Of a stretch of DNA of 64,000 nt, positions 51,615 through 64,000 are shown piece by piece (the first letter of the stretch is position 1; each line of letters opens with the position of its first letter). Source of the stretch: Lama glama (lineage: Eukaryota); contig CM052817.1 of the NCBI GenBank assembly GCA_028534125.1, positions 55,802,001-55,866,000 on the forward strand. The letters are read 5' to 3'. Under the pieces are notes generated by a model, which was not told where the DNA came from, made no database searches, and worked only from the letters and a program-made list of their open reading frames with translations. The position numbers were made by a program, and so were the translations under genes.

Positions 51615-52480
51615 TGCCAAACTTTTATTCTGGAATAATTTAGATTTACAGAAAAGTTGCAAAGTCAGTACAGAGAGTTATCACATAACGTTTGACTTGA
51701 TTACACTAACATTAACATCTTGTATAATCATGGTATATTTATCAAAAGTATAAATCAACATTAGTGTAATACTATTATCTAAACTACAGATTTATTCTTA
51801 TATCAACAGTTTTTCTAGTACAGTCATTTTTTCCTTTCTTTCAGAGATACAATTCAGAATACAACTCTGCATTAAGTCATTATCTCTCCTTAGTCTACTT
51901 CTGCTTGTGACAGTTTTTCAGTTGTTCTTTGTTTTTCATGACTTTGACACTTTTGAAGAGATACGAGTATTTTTTTAAGAGAGTCATTCAATTTGTATTT
52001 GTCTGATGTTTTCTCATGATTTTACTGAGGTTATGTATTTGGGAAAGAACATCATAGAGGTCAAGTATATATGACATCAATGTTGCTTACTACTGGTCAT
52101 ATGAATATTGATTACTTGGCTAAGGGAGTGTCTGATAATTTTCTCCACTTTAAAGTTACCGTTTTTTCCATTCCATATTCGATATTTTGTAACAGAGTCA
52201 TTAAGTCCAGCCCACACTCAAGGGGAGGAGAATTAAGCTCTATGTAGAAGAGGGTTATCTATTTCTTTGTCTGTCTGTCTATCTATCTACCTATCTACCT
52301 ACCTACCCACCTACCAACCCATTATTGAAATTTTTGTTAGGAACAGTTTGTCTCTTTTCCTCACTTTTAATTTTTTTCATCATTTATTTTTATTAGTAGG
52401 AATGCGTGGATAGTTATTTTATTACTTGGGCTACAATGTATTACTATTATTTTCATTATCATCATCACTGCTATTATTAT
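51615..52480 (-). mobile_element. L1MD/L1MC-like 3'UTR
   Basis: 'ttttattctggaataatttagatttacagaaaagttgcaaagtcagtacagagagtt' and 'aagtccagcccacactcaaggggaggagaattaagctc'. Confidence 0.8.
52268..52320. repeat. Compound tetranucleotide repeat (TGTC/TATC/TACC)n
   Basis: tgtctgtctgtctatctatctacctatctacctacctacccacctacc. Confidence 0.85.
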
Positions 52481-52482
52481 TT

Positions 52483-53203
52483 CCTTAGATCCTGTCCCTG
52501 GCACAGAGCTCCTAAAATCCTTGGGATTTCTTTAGTGGTGAGAACAATAGTGTGTAATTTATTATGTTAATAAGGTGACTTTCGGAAAGTCCCTAGGTAA
52601 CCTGGCTATTGCCAGGGAAAACAACCTTAATTATATCTCCCGACCTCCAGGGAAAGAGAGGGGCAGGAGACTGTGCTCAATCACCAGTGGTCCATTATTT
52701 AATCAATCATGCCTTTGCAATGACGCCTACATGAAAATCTAAAAAGATAGGGTTCAGAGAGCTTCCAAGGTGCTGGGAGAGTGGTGCGCTTGGAGAAGGC
52801 ACGAAAGCTCCTTGAGTTTTTTCCTTACATTGTCCTATACTTCTCTTCCATCTGGCTGCTCCTGAGTTATAGCCTTTTATACTAAAATGAGAATCTAGTA
52901 AATAAAATGTTTCTCTGAGTTCTATGAGCCACTCTGCAAATTAATCAAACCCAGGAAAGGGGTCACTCGGACCTCTGATCTACAATCAGTTGGCTAGAAG
53001 CACAAGCAGCAACATGGGCTTGCAACTGGTGTCTGAAGTGGGGACGGGGTAGGGCTTGTACAGCTGAGCCTTTAAACTGTGAGATCTGACACTATCTCTA
53101 GGTAGACAGTGTCAGAAATGAGTTGGACTGAATGATACCCAGCTGATATTGGAGAATTGCTTAGAGTAGTGAAAAATCCCACACATTGTCATTGGTGTCA
53201 AAA
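52483..53203 (+). mobile_element. MER21-family LTR (MER21B-like)
   Basis: 'ctggcacagagctcctaaaatccttggga', 'tttaatcaatcatgcct', 'gtttctctgagttctatgagcc' and 'gatctgacactatctctaggtagacagtgtcagaa' are MER21 signatures. Confidence 0.88.
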
Positions 53204-53204
53204 C

Positions 53205-54200
53205 TATAATTACATTCACAATGTTGTGCAGCCATCACCACTATTTCTAAAAGGTTTCCATCACTTAAACAGAAACTCTATATCCATTCATTAAGTAATA
53301 ACTTCCCACTCCCTGCCTTCCTATTCTTTGTAACATCTACTTTCTGTCCCTATAAATTTGCCAGTTCTAGATATATCATATCAGTGGAGTTGAGTCACAC
53401 AATATTCATCTGCTGTTTATGGCTTATTTCACTTAACATAGTATTTTCAAGGCTCATCCATGTTGCAGCATCTATCAAAACATCATTCTTTTTATAACCC
53501 AGTAATATTCCATTGTATGCACATATCACCTTTTCTTTATCTATTGATCTGTTGATGAACACCTGGGTTGTTTCCACCTGCTGGTTATTATGAATAGTGC
53601 TTGAGCAGTGGCATGCAAATACGTGTTTCAAGTCCTCTTTTCAAAAAGTGGGAGTATATACCTAGGAGTGGAATTGTTGGGTATTACGGTGATTCTATGT
53701 TTAACTTTTTGAAGAACGACCAAAATTTTTTCTATAGTGCCTACTCTACTGTTTGTTGATTCTTTTCAAACATTTTTCTGCCTTCTGTGGTTTAATTGAG
53801 CGTTTTTTATGATTCCACTTTATATCTTCTTTTGACTTAGTCTTCTATCTTATTAACTTTAAAAATTACTTCCAGAAGGGTTAAAAATATACCTTTAAAA
53901 TAGCTTGAGTCTATCTCTAAATAATATACTTTTTCTTAAATAGTGTAAGAATCTTAGAATGGTGTATTTCTAATTCCTCCCTATGTTCCTTTTACCTCTA
54001 TTGTCAAATATTTCACTTTGACATACATTATAAACATACAGTGCATTTTTACTTTTATTGCTTTAAACCATCAGCAATTGCTAAAGCAATTAAACAAAAC
54101 AAATTATACTGCACTTTCAACACTCTTCATTTCTTTTCGTAGATACAAGGTTTGACCTATAACATATTACTTCTGCCTGAAGAACTTCAAATTTAAGTCA
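53205..54200 (-). mobile_element. L1MB-like 3'UTR/ORF2 end (to ~53750) followed by an older L1 fragment
   Basis: 'tacattcacaatgttgtgcagccatcaccacta'. ORF-track peptide 'KKNDVLIDAATWMSLENTMLSEIS'. Confidence 0.8.
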
Positions 54201-54529
54201 CATTTTGTTACATGTTAAAGATAATTGAAACAGCCTAGCCTCATCATTGGATAAATCATCCTTTCCCGTCCCCCTATTTTGCCATATCCAATTATTTTCT
54301 ATACTAGTGACAGAATTAGTCTTCTAAAATATCACTCCATTTCCTTTCAAATTTGGTCATTTTCTAGGGTTGTGTTTCTTAGGCAATGATGACACTGCAA
54401 AGTCTTTGCCATTAGCCAGAAACTACAAAGTAAACCTGGGCATTGTTCTTTCCCTCACTACCAGTATAATTCTTTGTTAAGTTCTTTGATATTAATTTCT
54501 CTGAAGAGAAAAATATATATTTGACATTA

Positions 54530-55037
54530 GCTTTGAGGCTTTAATATTTGTATGTCAAACTGCTTCTGTTTATCATAGTCTGTGCTCCTGCCACGATGGA
54601 CTTTCTCCAGTTTCTCAAACCAATTACATACTATCTGACTACATAAACACATTATTCTTCCTGCAAGAATGTTTCTCCTCACCCTCATCCCCTTTCTCTG
54701 GGTAAATTTTACTTATCTTAAAATCTAAGTTTAATGCTCACTTCTTCAAGAAACCTTCCCTGACTTCTTCCACCATTTATTTGTTCTGATATATGTTCTC
54801 ATAGCACTTTCTTCCTTTCCTTCAGAATACTTACTTCTTTTTAAATGAAATATTTACTTCAGTAAGATTACTTAATTCCTATCTGATTTCTCCAGTGGAT
54901 TTTAAACGTCACAAGCACAACATATGTGTGCATGTTTGTTTAACACTGTCTTACTGGCATTTAGAGTGTGTCTGGGACTTATTAGATATACAGGAAATAC
55001 TTTTTGAATGAGTAACTATGTAAGAATGAATGAATAA
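54530..55037 (+). mobile_element. L2 3' region
   Basis: 'cacttcttcaagaaaccttccctgac...atgttctcatagcac' and a tail 'gaatgaatgaataa'. Confidence 0.8.
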
Positions 55038-55384
55038 GTTTTTCAGAAATCTTTCTATCACTTTACGCAACTGAAAAATAAAGCCCAAACTCCTGAGGCT
55101 GAAAAGAATTTTCCACTTTCATTGCTAATCTTTTCTCCATATTCAACCTATGCACAATAATATATAAAGTCCTTTCTAAATTACATCTATGTGTATGCTT
55201 TGTGAATGTATTTTTCACTGTGACACCTACTTTGCAAACTCTTATGTATTTCTTCCTCCTAAAACCTGCTATCACTACCACTCCATCCGCCAACAGACAC
55301 ACTCAGACACAAACAAAGGCAGAGGCGATTTTCATGAGTATAACTGCACTAAATGGGATATAAAAGTGATCTAGCTAGAGCTGA

Positions 55385-55532
55385 TATAGTTATTTTGATA
55401 GTAATCTTTCTCCTTAGCTTGTGAGCTTTTGGAGATCAGAGAACATGTATACTTTCTTGTGGGTACCCTGGATCTAATTACTTGCTTCATATATAATTGA
55501 TTCTCAACAAGTGTTATCTGCATTAATGGATG
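55385..55532 (+). mobile_element. L2 3' terminus fragment
   Basis: 'ccttagcttgtgagcttttggagatcagagaacatgt...ttctcaacaagtgtt'. Confidence 0.55.
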
Positions 55533-56079
55533 TTTATAAACCATTTACAAGCAAATACAATGGATTTTCCAAAGTCCCTCTAATAGTTTTAAATTGAGAT
55601 TATGGCTGTAAACACAAAGAGGGACAACACATTGACAAACTCATGACATACTGCAAATACTACTCCCTTCTGTTAACCTGTGTTAATAAACTGTGATTTT
55701 TAAATACAATAAAGGTAAACACTTTATGATGCTTGTCAGATAATAAAGTGTGTTTTTCAGTTTTCCATTTTCATCTTGACGGATGCAAACATAAAAGACA
55801 AGCTATTTTGAGACTTGCCACCCACCGTTCTTGTCCTGTTTAATAGCTTTTTTACTGAGGAACATGGTTACTCCAGGGCATCTTAGGTCAGGAAATGAAG
55901 ATCAATTGCATATATATTTGACAATGCAGATTGGATTTAGATTAATACAATATCCTAACATTAGAATTTAACTCATTCTGGTGGAAGTAGGTTTGCAAAC
56001 ATTTTTTTTACCAAGATATTATGTGCTTCTCAGGGAATACTTATGAAGGATATTTTTATATGATGATGACATTTACAAG

Positions 56080-56290
56080 AACCTCCAATTATTGATCATT
56101 TTAAATGTACTTACATACTGCAGACCTTAACTCACTTAATCTTGTAAAATTTAACAGAGAGAAAAAAACTGGGGCTAAAAAACATTAAGTTATTTGGACA
56201 AAAAGGTTAAATTACTTGCCTTCACTATCTAGTAAGAGAGAATATGAACCCACTCTATATGACTTCACAGATGCTGTTTTACATAGTGCT
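56080..56290 (-). mobile_element. MIR SINE
   Basis: 'aactcacttaatctt...acagagagaaaaaaactggggct...aggttaaattacttgcc...gagaatatgaacccactcta'. Confidence 0.6.
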
Positions 56291-57854
56291 AGGAACCAAA
56301 GCAACTTAGTGCCTTTCAGCATTTGGAGACAAATGAGTGTATGGGAATAGTAATTAATCATAGTAATAATAATCACCATATAGCTAACCTTAATTACATT
56401 TGAAAATATTAATTTATTAGAAATAACATCCAAAGTGTTCGTAAAATATTGCTTTATTTTAGTTTGGATAATTTTATAGAAACCCTTGAACAACTACAAA
56501 AAGGTAAAAAGAAGAGGAGCTTATTATTCAGGCACATGCTCACCTCAGAGAACTGAATTTTATTTTTGTATGACTAATCTCAAAAAACAAAGACTAATTT
56601 CTTAACTTCATTCAAATCTGTCATTTATGCCTCAATTCAAATAATAATCACATATGATTAAATAATATGAAATGAAGTCTTTTTAGTATCAGTTAACCAC
56701 TATTGTGTTGTTTTATTCCTCATTCTGTGTTGGTAGTAACCAAACTCTGTAAACCACATATACAAAGCAGAAACTCTTTTTCTCAGGGAAAGCAACGATA
56801 AATGACAGATAATAATGAAGAAAATCATTATCGTATGTGTCAAGAAATCAGGTTCAGCACAGCTGGTTTCTGCCCAGCACATACTGCCACAAAGTCCACT
56901 GGAATGCAGCAACTCACCTCAACTGCATACTGATGTGGCTGTATGACTGAAGGAACGTTTTAGACCAACTTTACCAGCTGCAATTTTATACTACTGCAGA
57001 ATCTGGATATAAACTTGGCTCCCTAATTCATCCCATTTATTCCTTAGCCAGCTCTCAAGTTTCCATTCAGAAGAATATTTGCCTTGTATTTAAGAGATCT
57101 TGAACATACCTCACAATTTCTCTGGGAACATTTCCTATCTTGAGCACCATTCTCACATGCTCTATTTTATGTTCTCTAGTATTTGTCTACATATTAATTA
57201 ACACATAACCAAGAGACAGAGATATAAGCTAATCATTATTTTACATATAATGATCCTTAATACTTTTAAGAGAATTTTCTTCATCTACTAAGCCTTGATT
57301 CATTCTGTGTAATAAAATTGTATCAACTAACTATTGAGGTTTACCATTAATTTATTGATTCTGCTTTACTTCAATAAATCTAACAAGGATTGTTTCTTAT
57401 GATGATGGAGTCTCTTATTTGATCAAAACCATGCATACAGGATAAAAGCATGAATATAAGAGAACTAAATCAGGTGTCTACAAATTAAGACATTTTCTCA
57501 ATAAATCATTTGAATGACAAGTTCTTTGGGTACATATGAGAAAAATGAATAAAAAGACAATGGCAAAGCAGGTTACTTTGAGGGGGGAAAAAAAGGAAGC
57601 AGATGAAGGTGGAATGAGCCACTTGGCCAAAATAGTCACTGAAAAAAGATAAGGGAAAATGACAATCAACAGGTTTTAGAAGAGAGTTATATGAAGTGAG
57701 CTAGTAGAAGTCTCAGGATTAAATTCTAAAATGATGACTTACTTATATTATCATTTTTATTATTATTGAAATTACAGCTCACTCAAAGACTGGAAAAAAT
57801 AAAATTATTCACTTAATTATATAAAAAGGAACTGCCATATATTTTTGGATGACA

Positions 57855-60800
57855 GTTTTTTATCACATGTTTCAGGCACACAACATTATAGTTCAACATC
57901 TGTATACACTATAGAGTGAGCACCAGCACAAGTCTCGTCACCATTCATCACCATACAGCTGACCAACTTCACACATTTCAACCCTGCTCTGGTAACCCTT
58001 TCCCCTCTGGTAACCATTAATCTCATCTCTACAGCTATGCATTTGTTTTTGTTTTATTTTGTTTGCATGTTGGTTTGTTTGTTTTATATTCTACACATGA
58101 GCGAAATCACAGTATTTGTCTTTCTCTGGCTGACTTATGAATTACTCCACTTAGTAGAATACCCTTCATGTTTGTCCATGTTGTCACAAATGGCAGGATT
58201 TCAATTTATTTTATGGCTGAGTAGTAGTACACATATACTGTATATATGTATATCCTTGTGTATATGCATATATCTTTATGTGTGTATACTTACATGTACA
58301 TATATTCACATATTCCTTTATATATAATATCTATATCTATATATATCGATCCCATATTCTTTATCCATTAATCCACTGATGAACATTCAGGTGGTATCCC
58401 TATCTTGGCTATTGTAAATAATGCTGCAATAAACATAGGCATGCATATATCTTTTTGAATTAGTGTATTCATTTTCTTCAAATACCCAGAAATGGAATAG
58501 CTGGGTCATATGGTAGTTATACTCTTTATTTTTTGAGGAATCTATACTGTCTTTCCATAATGGCTATACCATATTACATTCCCACTGGCAATGTTCAACG
58601 ATTCCATTTCTCCACATCTCTATAACTTATTCATTGTCCTTTTGATAAAAGCCATTCTAACAGATGTGAGGCATCTCACTGTGGTTTCGATTTACATTTC
58701 CCTATAAACAGTGATGTTGAACATCCTTTCATGTGCCTGTTGGCAATCTATATGTCTTATTTGGAAAAATGTCTATTCAGGTCCTCTGTGCATTTTTAAT
58801 CGGGTTGGTTTTTGTTCTTGTTGAGTTTTATGAGTTTTCTATATGTTTAGATATTAACCCCTTGTCTAACATGTGATTTGCAAATGTCTTATCCCATTCA
58901 GTAATTTGCCTTTTTTGCTTTGATGATGCTTTCCTTTGCTGTACAGAGCTTTTTAGATTGATGTAGTTTCATTTGTTTATTTTTGCTTTTGTTTTCCTTG
59001 CCTTTGGAGTCAGATCGACAAAAACATCACTAAGACCAAAGTCAATCAGGTTACCACTTACATGTTTTCTCCTGAAAATTTTGTGGTTTCAAGTCTTACA
59101 TTCAATCTTTAATCCATTTTGAGTTAATTTTTGTGTTTGGTGTAAGACAGTGGTCAAGTTTCATTCTTTTGCATGTGGTTGTCCAGTTTTCCCAACACTA
59201 TTATTTAAGACTGTCCCTTCACCATTGTAGGGTATTTGCTCCTTTGTTATTGATTGTCCATATTTGTGTGATAAAGTCAATCTGAGATCAGATCTCAATT
59301 CTGATCTGTGCTGTTTTTGTTTTATTGTAGCTTTACAGGATACCTTAAAATCAGGGTACTATATATTTCCAGCTTTGTTCTTCTTTCTCAAGATTGTTTG
59401 GCTATTTCAGGTCTTTTGTAGTTCCATACAAATTTTAGAACTGCTTGTTCTATTTCTGTGAAAAATGCTATTAGAATTTTTATAGGGGTTGCATTGTAGA
59501 TTGCTTTGGATAGCGTGGACATTTTAGCAATATTAATTCTTCCAATCCATGAGTAGAGAATATCTTTCCATTTTTGGTATCTTCTTCAATTTCTTTCATC
59601 ATTGTACTGATCTTTCACCTCTTTGGTAAAATTTATTTCTAAATACTTTATTATTTTGATGCAATTGTAAAAGGGATTATTTTCTTAATTTCTCTTTCTG
59701 CTAATTTGTTATTAGTGTATAGAAATGTCACAGATTTCTGAAAATTGATTGTGTATCCTACGACTTTTCTAAATTCACTTATTAATTCTAATAGCTTTCT
59801 TTTTTGTGGAGTATTTAGTGTTTTTAATATTTAGTATTATGTTATCTGCAAAGAGTGACAATTTCCTTCCATCCAATTTGGATGACTTTTATTTCTTTCT
59901 CTTGTCTAATTGCTGTGGGTAGGACTTCCAATACTACGTTAAATAAAAGTGGTGATAACAGGCATCCCTGTCTTGCTCCTGACCTTAGAGGCAAAGCATT
60001 CAGCCATTTGTCATATGATGTTAATAGTGGGTTTGTCATTTATGGTCCTTATTATGTTGAGGCACATTCTCTCCATACACACTCATAAAATATGAGATAT
60101 TTTATCATAAATTGATTTTGAATTCTGTCAAATATTTCTTCTGCATCTATTGAGATGATTACATGATACTTATCTTTCACTTTGTTACTGTGATGTACCA
60201 TGTGTTGAAACATCCTTGCATCTCTATAATAAATTCCACTTCATCCTGGTATATGATCCATGTAATTTATTAGTGGATTCAATATGCTAAGATTTTGTTC
60301 AGGATTTTGGCATCTATGTTCCCAAAAGATATTGGCCTGTAACTTTCTTTTTTGTGCAGTATCCTTGTCTGGTCTTGGTAATAGGGTAACGCTGGCTTTG
60401 TAAAATATGTTTGGAAAGTTTCTCTCCTCTTCAACTTTTTGGAAGAGTTTGAGAAGTATAGGCTTTAAATATTCTTTGAATGTTTTGTGGAAATTACTAT
60501 TGAAGTTCTTTAGTCCTGCACTTTTGTTTTTCGGGAGCTTTTTGACTACTGTTTCCATCTCCTTGTTAGTGACTGGTCTATTCAGATTTTCTCTGTCTTC
60601 ATCATTTAGTCTTGGAAGATTGTATGTTTCAAGAAATTTATCTATTTAGTCCAGGTTGTTCAATTTGCTGTTCACAGTGTCTTTTATGATCCTTTGTGTT
60701 TCTGTGGTGCCAGCTGTAACTTCTCTTCTTTCATTTCTGATTTTATTTATTTGGGCCCTCTCTCTTTTTTCTTGGTTGGTATAGCTACTGGCTTGTCAAT

Positions 60801-61135
60801 TTTGTTTATACTTTCAAAGAAACAGCTCTTGGTTTCATTAATCTTTTCTATTGTTCTTTTTTTATTCTCTATTTCATTTATTTCTGCTCTGATCTTTATT
60901 ATTTCCTTCCTTGTACTTACGTGGGGGTTCATTTCTTCTTTTTTTTAATTTCCTGTAGATGTGAACTTAGATTGTTCATTTGGGATTTTTCTTTTTTCTT
61001 GAGTTACGCCTGCATTGCTGTAAACTTCCCTCTCAGAACCAATTTTGCTGCATTCCATTGATTTTGGTATGTTGTTATTCTGTTCTCATACATCTCTAGG
61101 TATTTTCTGATTTATCCTTTAATTTCTTTGATGCA
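57855..61135 (-). mobile_element. 5'-truncated laurasiatherian L1 (ORF2 RT to 3'UTR); inactive
   Basis: Antisense ORF2 peptides '[24 protein letters not shown]', 'KKLPKNKSAG', 'FYKASVTLLPRPDKD' and 'EKINETKSCFFESINKIDKP'. 3'UTR at 57855-58130. Confidence 0.93.
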
Positions 61136-62529
61136 TGAACTTCTTGTTTAAAATTTTAGCCTTGACATATATGCTAGAATCTTGGTTTCTTTTATACTTT
61201 TGACTGATTAAAGAAAGTTTTATGTTGGACACCTGATCACCTTAGTGCATAATCCAGATCTAGTATGTAGTAGAGAAAATGAACACCTCTTTTCTCAAAA
61301 ACACATGGTCAATATCCACACCATGAAATGACAGCTAACATTTTTGAGCACCTACTACTTCACCATTGTCAATTTAGTATAAGATCAGTATACGTTCCTA
61401 AACATTGGTTGGTTCAAAACCATTCTCCCCACGCAGAGGTTTAGAACTTCATTCCAGCTGTACTCACTATCCACACCCATTCCAGCCTTCCTTAGGGCAA
61501 CAATTCCAACAATATATGTATTTCCTGATTTCGTTACTGTCTTTAAGTTTTAAATTAACACATTTTTACTCAATGTAGCATGAACATGACACATCCCTTG
61601 GAAGATTATTTGAATCATGAAGCATTTCACCAGCACTGTATTCATACTTTTGAATACCCGAGGTTCTATGAATATTCTCTTTTTTTAAGGCTTCAATTCA
61701 TGTTGAATTAGATTTGATGGACATTTCACATTCATTTCAGAACTGATACGGTTTTCCTTTTTACTCTACATATCTTTAGAAAATCACACTGGAATCCTGA
61801 AGAGATAGCAAGACACTTCCAACATTTCCTTTCACCGCATCTAAGTTACTCAGAGTTTTATCTGCAACTCTGGGGGCCCAACTGCCCCAGTTCTGCTGAA
61901 ACGATATCATGGCCTGTCATAGTTCAAAGACACTATTTCTGATAAGTCACTGGTTCCTGCTCTTTCTCAGAAACTCCATACCACTGGGACTATACTGAAT
62001 GGCATTTTATTGATTTAGTAGAATGTCATTCTAAGGTAACAAAACTGAAAGAATAAAATAGTTGGGCATCAGCCACAGTTCAGAAAATGAGGTCTTAATG
62101 TTAAAATTTGCATATAATCACATTAAGAAAATTCTAGGCAAGGTAGAGTGGCATGACATAGCCTCCCAATCTTATTGATTCTATGCTATCTTGCAAGTGT
62201 CATTTTTCAAACTACAAAAATATTAATCTAGTCAAATGTAAAAAAAATAAACATTATTTTTAAATAAACATTATTTTAAAAAAATAACAATTAAAAGTAA
62301 TTTTCTCCTTTTTTTCTACTTCTCTTCCCTTGAAGGGACCAAGTACTCAGAATGGAAGAGAAGACTGCAATAAAGCCAAGGAATTAGTGATGCTGAAAAA
62401 GTGGATTGCTAAGGAGTTGACGTTGGGGCTGGGGCAGAGCAGGCAGCAAAGCCAGGGAGACTGCAGTGTGGCCAGCAGTTGAGGAAGTAAATGGCAGTCA
62501 GGAGTTTGAGTGTGTTTCTAGAAGGACTG

Positions 62530-63880
62530 AGCAACTAAATAAATATAATGAGATATTAAGAGCCAGGCTTCTCGCTATCAGAGAAGGGATTTACAGTTTT
62601 GAAAAGGGAGAAGGTCTTACATTGGACTTGGTGTAATTGCTCTGAATAGACTTCCACAATTTATGTATAGATATAAATATATGTAGGAATATATATTAGA
62701 CATTTACTTCTAGCTTTGTCTAGAGGGCAATTCTATGGGTTCTATGATACCTATGTAGCAATGGGGACACCAAGTGTGTCGATCTTGGTATGTAAATACC
62801 ATCCTCTACTGGAAGGAAGGAAGTGTCCTTTAAGGAATGGCTGAATGGTTGACCTCAAGCAGGGAAAGTGCCAGGTGAAACAGGAACACATTTTTGTGAC
62901 AGAAATTAAAATTCTTAAAGAAGTACAGAACATGTCAAAAGCAGACAGAAGTAAGTTCAAAGAGGATCCTACTTACTACATTTAGGGAAATTTGTTCATC
63001 AAAAATGTCAGTAATAATAGCTTATATTACATTAGATAAGATTATAGTTCATGACTCCATACAGATATAAGTAAATAAACATATGGATAATTTTATGGAG
63101 CTAAAGGAAAATCTCACTCTTATGTTAGAAGCAAAATATATATAGGAAGAATTAGAGAAATAGAAAATAAACCATTATAGTGGACGTTGATTCAGGCAGG
63201 GAGACGTTAAAGTAGATTCACAGTAATTTCTCCCAAGATATCAAAAGTTACAGGAGGAAAAACCATGACTTTTCAGTAGAGAACATTTGCAGATAATTCT
63301 GCAACCAAGCCAACAGATCAAAGCTAAACCTTCAGTGAGGGATGAGAATAGGTCCTGTTCTCATGATGTGATGAAATGAAAGCACAGCATCATCCTGTGG
63401 CATTCCTTCTCGAAAAGTCACAAATTGATTCTATATGTATATATAAGGAAACATTCAGCAGAACTAGATTGAGGGAAATCCTTCAGATGGAAAGTCTTAC
63501 ATTCCTGAAAGGAGTATACATTGTGAAAGGCACTGTAAGACTGGGGAAATGATCCAGACTGAAAACAAAATGAAGAGACATGAAAATACATGATTCTAGA
63601 TTAGATCTTTGAGAACAAAAGGGAAAAAAAAAGAGACTGTTGACCTGCTAACAAAATCTGGGGATTGCATGGTAATATTGCATTCATGTTGATTTCCAGA
63701 TTTGTGTGGTTGTTCTGTTTTGTATGAGAATGTCTTGTCTTGTAACATAGGTGCTGTTGTATTAAAGACAGATGGCGCATCTTGTCTGGAACTAATTTCA
63801 GTGATTCAAAATGGAAGAATGATAACAGGTGTTCATTGTTGGGAGATAATTCTCCACAGTCTTTGCCTTTCTACATATCT
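62530..63880 (+). mobile_element. L1MC3/L1MC4-like long 3'UTR fragment
   Basis: 'agagccaggcttctcgctatcagagaaggga', 'taaataccatcctctact...gaatggctga...gcagggaaagt' and 'cacagcatcatcctgtggcattcctt'. Confidence 0.75.
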
Positions 63881-64000
63881 TGAGAAAGACTGTATCCCAT
63901 GTAAGATCTAGGCTTTTCTAAGTATGCAATCACTCAGTGTTAATAAAGAACCACTGTGTGTACGCCATGCATCAGGGTCTGCCTTTTCATCATCCCCACC

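Noticed and set aside
43020..61135. Oppositely oriented L1 ORF2 copies as a dsRNA or inversion substrate
   Set aside because: The copies are independently and heavily diverged and more than 12 kb apart. This arrangement is common in L1-rich DNA.
61780..61942. ~54-codon open frame after a pyrimidine-rich AG (KSHWNPEEIARHF...)
   Set aside because: No recognisable homology and no linked exons. The length is within chance.
1..64000. CRISPR arrays, operons or prokaryotic defence systems
   Set aside because: The sequence is mammalian. There are no repeat-spacer arrays or long intact ORFs.

Overview
This is AT-rich, CpG-poor mammalian (eutherian) DNA. I found no protein-coding exon, CpG island or functional RNA gene that I can support. 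A tRNA-Ala-derived SINE matching the camelid vic-1 type, together with an artiodactyl-type L1, points to a camelid genome (alpaca, vicuna or camel). The window looks like an L1-rich, SINE-poor gene desert or very large intron. Roughly half is recognisable decayed transposable elements: L1, L2, MIR, MaLR/ERVL/ERV1 LTRs, an ERVL pol fragment and MER5. ORFs in the supplied track are either L1/ERVL remnants or chance ORFs. I see no evidence of a new biological system. The best observations are a five-level nested insertion (MIR > MER5 > LTR > L1 > SINE), several L1s that keep 5' sequence but have large internal deletions, two 22-bp perfect inverted structures, and a few repeat-free stretches that may be enhancers. 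TE boundaries and subfamily names come from recalled consensus sequences read by eye and are approximate.
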